Positions 27,413 through 34,443 of a DNA stretch of 64,000 bases are shown piece after piece. The notes under the pieces are model-generated. The model was not told where the DNA came from. It was given only the letters and a program-made list of their open reading frames with translations, and did no database searches. Position 1 is the stretch's first letter; each line of letters opens with the position of its first letter. Position numbers and translations under genes: made by a program. The DNA is from Enterobacterales bacterium (GTDB taxonomy: Bacteria > Pseudomonadota > Gammaproteobacteria > Enterobacterales > GCA-002770795): assembly GCA_041556195.1 (NCBI GenBank), contig JBFFIY010000004.1:5646-69645 (forward strand), written 5' to 3'.

Positions 27413-27418
27413 ATTATA
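27413..27418 (-). promoter_or_regulatory. Candidate -10 hexamer (TATAAT) for the DinB-NRDE-NRPS operon
   Basis: The minus strand reads gtaggaTATAATggtc about 55 nt upstream of the TTG start. I see no convincing -35 at canonical spacing. Confidence 0.35.
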
Positions 27419-27603
27419 TCCTACTTATGTTACAAATTTTAAGCCCTCAAGCCATTGAACTTGCTTTTAAGTGGGTAAAAATTAACCGAAATCTCTAAAT
27501 AATACAATTTAATCTGTGATCCTACTGTGGATCCTGAGTTTAGAAATATTCTCTACCCAAATTTAGACGAGTTGTTGATGAGGGGGTATATTAAACGGGT
27601 GTA

Positions 27604-30066
27604 TTAATTGAAGTTAACTTGAATGGGTATTTGAGCAGAATGCTTACTTTTTCTAAATAACACATAAAGCGCACTCAGAAATAGTCCTAATATCCCACCG
27701 CTCCATAATGTTGATTGTAATGGGTGGTCAAAAAATGTGGCCATTTGGTAAAAAATGACTGCAGAACCGTAAGCCAGACCTGTACTCCAGGAAATGCCCA
27801 GAATCGCCCAATTCTTGCCGGTTTCTCGAAACATTGCTCCAGCGGCAGCAATGCAGGGAGAGTAGAGCAGAATAAATAACATATAGGCAAAAGCACCTGT
27901 TTTTCCATCAAAACGGCTTTGCATTGCCGTCATGGTAGCCACATTGACCTCTTGTTTTAGCGCCGCCTGTTGTTGATTTTCAGTTTCATCAATCACGCCG
28001 AGTCCCAGAGGATCGGTAAGGTTATTCATGGCATCTGCTAAATTGACGGGAATGGTTTCAAGTGCAGTGATGAGATCATTTGACAGATCAAAGGGCGGCT
28101 CTTCTTCCACGTCCTGAGATTTATTGTCCATGTTAGAGTAAAGAGAATCCAGAGTTCCAACTACGACTTCTTTTGCCAATACGCCAGTGATAATGCCCAC
28201 CGTAGCTGGCCAGTTATCCTGTTCGATGCCCATTGGGGCAAAAATGGGAGTGATTGTTTGTGCAGTGGCACTTAATACAGATTGTGAGGAATCTTCATTA
28301 CCAAAACTGAGATCTGTTCCCAGACTATTAACCACATTAATAATCATGACCACAATGACGATGATTTTACCGGCACCTAACACAAAACCTTTGAGTTTAT
28401 TCCAGGTATTGATAAGTACATTTTGCAAACCAGGTAATTGGTAGCCTGGTAGCTCCATTAAAAAGTCTTGTGCATTACCCTTTAGTATGGTGTTTTTTAA
28501 AATAAGCGCAGTCAGAATGGCAAATCCAACACCTGTTAGATAGAGCAAAAATACAATATTCTGACCTCCCTGAGGAAAGAATGTTGCTGCAAATAAAGCA
28601 AAAACTGTTAATCTGGCCCCGCAGGACATAAAAGGCGCCATTAATACTGTTAATATACGCTCTCTATGTGAGTCCATGGTTCTAGTGGCCATGATGGCAG
28701 GCACATTGCAACCAAATCCGATAATAAGTGGCACAAAAGCTTTACCTGAGATCCCCAGTTTTTGTAAAGATCTATCCATGACAAAGGCTGCTCGGGACAT
28801 GTAACCGGATTCTTCGAGCAAGGTTAAAAATAAATATAATGCGCCAATGATTGGGATAAAGGTTGCTACAACTTGAACACCTCCGCCAATGCCTTGCGCC
28901 AAAATGATGCGGATCCACTGTGGAATGCCAAAATCGGTTAGTAAATGGTCTAACCCATTGACCAGAAAAGCTTCTACAGTTAAATCAAAAAAGTCGATAA
29001 AGGCGCCACCAATATTGATACTGAATAAAAAAAGTAAATACATAATCAATAAAAAAACAGGGACACCAGTGACATTGCCCAACACCCATCGATCTATTTT
29101 ATCTGTAAATAAATTTTTGGCGGGCTTTGATTGAGAGGTTACATCTGTAGCTATTTGCAGAGCCCGGACATAATGCTCCTGGGCTATTAATTGAAAGATG
29201 GTCTTGCTGGTTTTTTGATAAACATCCTGACTTAATTCAATGGCTTTGTCAGTTAGCTGATTTTCCTGATTTTTTTTGTTTTCAAGAAACTGGTTGTTTT
29301 CAAGAGTCTGGGTATTTTCGTGGTTTTCTTTATTTATTGAAGTTTTACCATGTTTGTTATGTTCTGCATCGGAAGTAACTTTTGCATCAGAAGTAAGCAA
29401 GGAAGCTTTTTCCAATTCATTTAAAGCAAAAAGACGTTCACAGTTAAACGACGCTTGAAAAGAAGAGAGAGCATTTTCGAGCGCATCAATATATGTGAGT
29501 CCCAGTGAGCAGGGTTGCTGATGTTGAGATTCAGCGATTTCAGTGAGCAGTTTGTTTAGATCTTTGTCACGATTTAAGGAAAAGGTAATAACCGGGCATT
29601 GAAGTTGTTGTGAAAGTTGTTCGGTATCAATGATCAGATTTAATTTATCGGCCATATCAATCATATTAAGCAACACAATGACAGGAATACCCTGCTCTCT
29701 TAACTGAGAGGTCAAATAAAGGCTTTTTTCAAGTGTTGTAGTATCAATAATGTTGATATAGAGATCATTATTGTGTTGTTTAACATATGAACGAGCGATT
29801 TGTTCATCAAGTGAAGAATGGCTTAAATTGAGTGAATAAGTGCCAGGTAAATCAATAACTTCAAAGAGGTTACCAGAAATTGAAAATTGACCGGATTTTT
29901 GTTCAACAGTGACACCAGGCCAGTTTCCTGTTCTTTGTCGAGTTCCGGTTAGACGATTAAATAAAGTTGTTTTTCCAGAATTAGGGTTGCCTATTAAAGC
30001 AATAGTATGGGATAAGTTTTCGGTTGAGCCTTGAGTTGTTGTTTGAGGATCGCAGCAATTTTTCAT
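27604..30066 (-). CDS. feoB: Ferrous iron transporter FeoB; start uncertain
   Basis: G-domain IALIGNPNSGKTTLFN, DLPGTYSL and NMIDMA precede a polytopic membrane domain. The ORF-track start at 30141 is a TTG that overlaps feoA, so I prefer the ATG at 30066 (MKNCC...). Confidence 0.93.
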   Translation of the reverse strand: MKNCCDPQTTTQGSTENLSHTIALIGNPNSGKTTLFNRLTGTRQRTGNWPGVTVEQKSGQFSISGNLFEVIDLPGTYSLNLSHSSLDEQIARSYVKQHNNDLYINIIDTTTLEKSLYLTSQLREQGIPVIVLLNMIDMADKLNLIIDTEQLSQQLQCPVITFSLNRDKDLNKLLTEIAESQHQQPCSLGLTYIDALENALSSFQASFNCERLFALNELEKASLLTSDAKVTSDAEHNKHGKTSINKENHENTQTLENNQFLENKKNQENQLTDKAIELSQDVYQKTSKTIFQLIAQEHYVRALQIATDVTSQSKPAKNLFTDKIDRWVLGNVTGVPVFLLIMYLLFLFSINIGGAFIDFFDLTVEAFLVNGLDHLLTDFGIPQWIRIILAQGIGGGVQVVATFIPIIGALYLFLTLLEESGYMSRAAFVMDRSLQKLGISGKAFVPLIIGFGCNVPAIMATRTMDSHRERILTVLMAPFMSCGARLTVFALFAATFFPQGGQNIVFLLYLTGVGFAILTALILKNTILKGNAQDFLMELPGYQLPGLQNVLINTWNKLKGFVLGAGKIIVIVVMIINVVNSLGTDLSFGNEDSSQSVLSATAQTITPIFAPMGIEQDNWPATVGIITGVLAKEVVVGTLDSLYSNMDNKSQDVEEEPPFDLSNDLITALETIPVNLADAMNNLTDPLGLGVIDETENQQQAALKQEVNVATMTAMQSRFDGKTGAFAYMLFILLYSPCIAAAGAMFRETGKNWAILGISWSTGLAYGSAVIFYQMATFFDHPLQSTLWSGGILGLFLSALYVLFRKSKHSAQIPIQVNFN

Positions 30067-30091
30067 AGAGGAGTGGATATGTGAGACTGGT

Positions 30092-30322
30092 TTATAGCTC
30101 TTTAACCAAAAGTTGTTGCGCGATGTTTTTCCCCAGGCCAATTCGACAGTGACCTCTACTTAAAACCACATCACCCTGACGGTTACGTAAGATTTGAATC
30201 AATGAACCCAATCCAAGTCCCATAGCGAGTAGTCGCACCTGTAATTGTGATGAAACCTTCATAGCGTCAATACTGACTTTGACGGATTCATTGATTTCAG
30301 AAAGAGGTATGAGCTGTTCCAT
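30092..30322 (-). CDS. feoA: FeoA (small SH3-like ferrous iron transport protein)
   Basis: 76 aa, immediately upstream of feoB. RLLAMGLGLGSLIQILR...GDVV is FeoA-like. Confidence 0.85.
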   Translation of the reverse strand: MEQLIPLSEINESVKVSIDAMKVSSQLQVRLLAMGLGLGSLIQILRNRQGDVVLSRGHCRIGLGKNIAQQLLVKEL

Positions 30323-30350
30323 AAAACTAAACCTAAAAAGTAATGTAAAT

Positions 30351-30370
30351 GCGAATGATTCTTAATTATG
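30351..30370 (-). promoter_or_regulatory. Weak Fur-box-like sequence upstream of feoA
   Basis: The minus strand reads cATAATtAAgAATCATTcgC. Against GATAATGATAATCATTATC I count about 14 of 19 matches if one inserted base is allowed. The site lies 29-48 nt upstream of the feoA ATG. Confidence 0.3.
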
Positions 30371-30715
30371 GTTAAAAAGTGACAAAATATCAAGGTTTTT
30401 TAGACTTAACCCATAATTTTCATCTAAACAACTATTTCTTTAACCACGTATTAAGTGTAATCCACTTAAGATAAACCACCTTGATCCAGATCATGGGTAC
30501 TGCTTCAGATTGTTTTAAAAAGGGATAATTAAAAAAATTAAAACTAATATAATCTGAGCTCTGGATAAGAATAGTCAAAATACTATTAAATATTAGTAAG
30601 TTACAAATACTTTATAGCTGCAATAATTTTATTACAGAGTTAAAATAGTTGTGCTGGGTGGCAGTTCTTATCCCGAACTCAGGTTAATATACCTGGCTTC
30701 GGTTGTCTTAATCGG

Positions 30716-31450
30716 TTGAACACCTTAGTATTGGCAATCTCATCCATTAATAAGAACAATTTCGTGTCTTTTAAAGTTGTAGAGTCAAAATCAGGGGTTT
30801 GGTATATCAGTCTTGGTGGATTATTTATTATCCTGTTACTGTTGAGTGGATGGTTTGGTTGGAAACAGGGGGGAGCCAGAACTGTTGAGCTGAGTCATCA
30901 GCTGACAATTGTCAGTGGTTTGCATGATGAGTTAAAGCTGCAAGTTGCGACCCTACAGCAACAATTACTCGAAATTGAAAGACGAGAGAAGATAGCTTTA
31001 GTGAGTGTCAAACAATCCAGTGAAGATATGTTAGCACTTCAGGAGCAAACCAAACAATTAGAAAAAGAATTGTCTTTTTATCGAAGCATTATGGCTCCCG
31101 AACTGGGTCAGTCTGGTTTAACCATTGATAGTTTAAAAGTCATACCTGAGTCGGGTGGTCGCTATTATTTTGAATTGGTGTTAACTCAAACTAAAAAACA
31201 GGATTGGTATTTAAAAGGTAGTTTTAATCTGTCACTATTGGGTAAACAACATGATAAAGCTGTTACTTTACCAATGAAGTCATTGATAATGGAGGAAAAT
31301 TGGAAACCGGAATTTTCATTCCGATATTTTCAAAAAATTGAGGGACGTTTCCAACTTCCTGAAAACGTTACGATTGCTAGTGTTTCAGTGACAGCATCGA
31401 CTAAAAAAGGCAAACAAAGGGTAGAAAAAAACTTTCCCTGGAGCTTGTAG
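30716..31450 (+). CDS. Hypothetical membrane-anchored coiled-coil protein; start uncertain (TTG in the ORF track)
   Basis: 244 aa: one transmembrane segment (WYISLGGLFIILLLLSGWFGW), a coiled coil, then a beta-rich C-terminus. It lies 13 nt upstream of the bactofilin gene. Confidence 0.45.
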   Translation: MNTLVLAISSINKNNFVSFKVVESKSGVWYISLGGLFIILLLLSGWFGWKQGGARTVELSHQLTIVSGLHDELKLQVATLQQQLLEIERREKIALVSVKQSSEDMLALQEQTKQLEKELSFYRSIMAPELGQSGLTIDSLKVIPESGGRYYFELVLTQTKKQDWYLKGSFNLSLLGKQHDKAVTLPMKSLIMEENWKPEFSFRYFQKIEGRFQLPENVTIASVSVTASTKKGKQRVEKNFPWSL

Positions 31451-31463
31451 GAGAATTCTCTAA

Positions 31464-31883
31464 ATGTTTAACGGCAAAAAGAAAAAAAGAGCAGTAGATA
31501 CACTGATTACTCAGCACACCACGATTAGTGGGAATATTGATTTTTCAGGTGTTTTGTATGTTGATGGTTTGGTTAATGGTGATATCACAGCCAAAGAAGA
31601 AAAATCGGTTCTGACTATAGGTGCCAGAGGACAGGTAACCGGTGAAATAAGAGTACCTCATGTAGTGATTTTTGGACGCGTGAATGGTGATGTACATGTT
31701 GGAGGTGAAATTGAATTATTAGCTAAATCGCATATTGAGGGCAATGTTTATTATAGCCAAATTCAAATGGCTATGGGAGCTGAAGTTAATGGGAAACTGG
31801 TTCATACCAACCCGGGTCAGACACAACGTTTAGAACATAAGCCCGTAGAGCCACTACCAAAAAAGCGGGTAATAGAAAAGTAG
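31464..31883 (+). CDS. Bactofilin (polymer-forming cytoskeletal protein, DUF583)
   Basis: 139 aa with the repetitive beta-helix pattern (ISGNIDFSGVLYVDGLVNGDI...VTGEIRVPHVVIFGRVNGDVHVGGEIELLAKSHIEGNVYY). Confidence 0.8.
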   Translation: MFNGKKKKRAVDTLITQHTTISGNIDFSGVLYVDGLVNGDITAKEEKSVLTIGARGQVTGEIRVPHVVIFGRVNGDVHVGGEIELLAKSHIEGNVYYSQIQMAMGAEVNGKLVHTNPGQTQRLEHKPVEPLPKKRVIEK

Positions 31884-31980
31884 TAATCATCTTATTAATC
31901 GGCGATAATACTGCTTTTCCAGATAGTATTAGTTCTCTTGATATTATTAGTCCAGTTTATTTTTGTAAGTCCGAGAATTT

Positions 31981-32331
31981 ATGAACGAAGAAACCATGCC
32001 TTCTGCTCCCATTGAAGTGACAGATGCCGCAGTAAAGAAGGTACAATTATTGTTAGCCGAAGAAGAAAATCCCGCGTTAAAGTTAAGGGTATTTGTAACA
32101 GGTGGAGGTTGTTCAGGCTTTCAATATGGTTTTTCTTTTGATGAAAAAACCAATGATGGCGATACCCTGATAGAAAAAGATGGTATTACTGTGGTGGTGG
32201 ACCCTCTTAGCTTGCAATATCTAATGGGATCAAAAGTAGACTACACCGAAGGATTACAAGGTGCTCGATTTATAGTTGATAATCCGAGTGCAGTAACGAC
32301 CTGTGGTTGTGGTTCATCATTTTCTATTTGA
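31981..32331 (+). CDS. erpA: Iron-sulfur cluster insertion protein ErpA (A-type carrier)
   Basis: 116 aa with GGGCSGFQY and a C-terminal CGCGSSF. Confidence 0.9.
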   Translation: MNEETMPSAPIEVTDAAVKKVQLLLAEEENPALKLRVFVTGGGCSGFQYGFSFDEKTNDGDTLIEKDGITVVVDPLSLQYLMGSKVDYTEGLQGARFIVDNPSAVTTCGCGSSFSI

Positions 32332-32552
32332 TCGTAAAAAATAGCGTATATTTATCACGAGTTCAGGTTTTTTACGAATTGCTTCATCAAGTAATTGTCT
32401 GATTTTTAGCAACAGCTTGTTGAAGTCATAGGGTTTGTACAGAATATTCTTTTGGACTTCTTGAATTATTTCACTTTCATTGGACATTTCATTCATTTCA
32501 TTATAGCCACTAACTAGAACAGTTCTATGTGTTTTAATAGAGGTTTTAAGTT

Positions 32553-34217
32553 TTAGGATTTAGCTTTAACAACGTTGTTTCTGCCATTCTCTTTCGCTTG
32601 ATATAGTGCTTTATCAGCAGCCTCCATCATGGCCTCAGCTGTTTTAAATTGAAGCATATCTGCTACACCACAGCTAAAAGTGGCATTGAATGTTGTTTCT
32701 TCGCCATGAAAATTTAACTCTTCAAAATTGCGTCTTAATTCATTAAGTATGTTTATAGAGTTTTCTGTTGATGTATCGGGAAACACAATCACAAATTCCT
32801 CTCCCCCATAACGACCAATAATATCTGTTGCTCTTAACCTTTGCTTAAGTAGACCGGCAAAACTTTTGAGAACGCGATCACCTGTACTGTGTCCATAATT
32901 ATCATTTATCTTTTTAAAGAAATCCAGATCAAGCATGGCTACACAAATTGGACTTGGATTACGTTGTCTAAGAGAGATTGCATCATTAAATCTTTCCATG
33001 GCCACTGCATGATTAAGAAGTCCGGTCAGGCTATCTTTGACCATGTGAGTTCTTAGCAAACGAGCCCGTTTAGCCCTGACTTTAACTGAGGATAATAAAA
33101 GTTCTGGTGAGACGGGTTTCATTAAAAAATCATCCCCTCCTTTTTCCATCGCCAGAAGTTGTCGTTCAACTTGATTTTCAGAAGATAAAAATATGATGGG
33201 GATGCTAATGAATTTATCCATTTGGCGTACCACCATGGCAATTTCATCCCCATTACAACCAGGCATATACATATCAAGCACCAGTATTTCTGGATCAAAT
33301 TCTGCCATAGCTTCAAGAACCTGCTCGGGATTGGTCAAAATACTGGTTTCCAGCCCCTCGTTTTGTAAAATTAAAGAGTGGTATTCTGCTTGACTTTTAT
33401 CATCATCAATAATCATGACTCGGTAATTTTCGTTAAGATCTTTGGTGTTTTCAGTTTCAATAAAAGAAAGTAGATTGTTTATGTCTAAAGGTTTTTCGAA
33501 ATAACCGCGACCTCCACCTCTAACTGCTGAAAGTCGGGCTTTAAAATCTGTTCGATTTGATATGAAAATAAGTGGTGTACGAGCGTCTAAACCTAAATGC
33601 ATGTGGCTTAGAATTTCTCCTGTATTCCCCTCTGGTATACCAATATCAACTAAAATAGCTGATGGTAATTGTTTTTCCAGTGCTTCAAGAAATGGTGAGA
33701 GTTTTTCAAAAATACGTACATTATAAGCAAATTTTTCAATTTGTAAGGCTATTTGCTTTCCCTGAAATTGATCATCTTCTACCAGATAAATGAGTTTGTT
33801 TTTTGGTTCATTCTTTATGGTTTTTTTCAGAATGGTGCTGCTTCTTTTGGGGATTGATATGTGTGTGGTGGAAGAATGAAGGTGTTTTCTGCATATGCTT
33901 CGAAGCTCCTGTATCAGTTCACCGACTTCTCTTAGTTGAAGAGTTGCAGTGGGAGATGAGTTTTCTCCCAGTGCATTTCTTAAGGGTTCTGTAACTTCTT
34001 TGGCCTTATCGCTAATTTCTTGAAAGCCAAATGCCCCAGCAGAACCTGCAAGATTGTGAGTTAGACGAAACAGAGCTTCTATTTTGACAGGATCAGAAGC
34101 ATCATGTTTGAGAGCTGACCATGTATCTTTGATATTGCTGAGTATGCTGGGAAGTTCCTGTACGTAATTATTTTGAAGTGATTGTAGTTTGTCAGATATT
34201 GTAGATTGCTCAGTCAT
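32553..34217 (-). CDS. Hpt-REC-REC-GGDEF response regulator / diguanylate cyclase
   Basis: An N-terminal Hpt-like motif (LTHNLAGSAGAFGF) is followed by two receiver domains with acceptor Asp residues (ILVDIGIPEG and LVLDMYMPG). The GGDEF domain has an intact GGEEF and an RATD I-site 5 residues upstream. Confidence 0.85.
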   Translation of the reverse strand: MTEQSTISDKLQSLQNNYVQELPSILSNIKDTWSALKHDASDPVKIEALFRLTHNLAGSAGAFGFQEISDKAKEVTEPLRNALGENSSPTATLQLREVGELIQELRSICRKHLHSSTTHISIPKRSSTILKKTIKNEPKNKLIYLVEDDQFQGKQIALQIEKFAYNVRIFEKLSPFLEALEKQLPSAILVDIGIPEGNTGEILSHMHLGLDARTPLIFISNRTDFKARLSAVRGGGRGYFEKPLDINNLLSFIETENTKDLNENYRVMIIDDDKSQAEYHSLILQNEGLETSILTNPEQVLEAMAEFDPEILVLDMYMPGCNGDEIAMVVRQMDKFISIPIIFLSSENQVERQLLAMEKGGDDFLMKPVSPELLLSSVKVRAKRARLLRTHMVKDSLTGLLNHAVAMERFNDAISLRQRNPSPICVAMLDLDFFKKINDNYGHSTGDRVLKSFAGLLKQRLRATDIIGRYGGEEFVIVFPDTSTENSINILNELRRNFEELNFHGEETTFNATFSCGVADMLQFKTAEAMMEAADKALYQAKENGRNNVVKAKS

Positions 34218-34443
34218 TTATTCATTTATTCCTTTATTGGTTACATTATAATTTTCGGAGTTGAAAAATATTTTGCTTAAAAAATTAGAAAAGTAGATTA
34301 TAACGTTGTATTTTTATTTACATAGAATGAATAGGAGGGATAGATCCAAGTTAATATTTCTACTTGAAATTTCTATATCTGTCAAGTTGTATTAAGAACA
34401 GTGAATGTAAAAATTCTTAGAATTTAGATTAGTAACGAAAATT

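Noticed and set aside
30067-30141. N-terminal 25-aa extension of FeoB from a TTG codon overlapping feoA by 50 nt
   Set aside because: The extension (MAWGKTSRNNFWLKSYKPVSHIHSS) is not FeoB-like. The ATG at 30066 gives a more conventional distance to the G1 motif. The start remains uncertain because no strong SD precedes either codon.
32317-32496. 59-aa minus-strand ORF resembling the C-terminal helix of a receiver domain (ILYKPYDFNKLLLKIRQLLDEA)
   Set aside because: It is too short to be a functional receiver, overlaps the erpA 3' end, and has no SD. I did not annotate it as a gene. I mention it only as a possible relic in the synteny-break finding.
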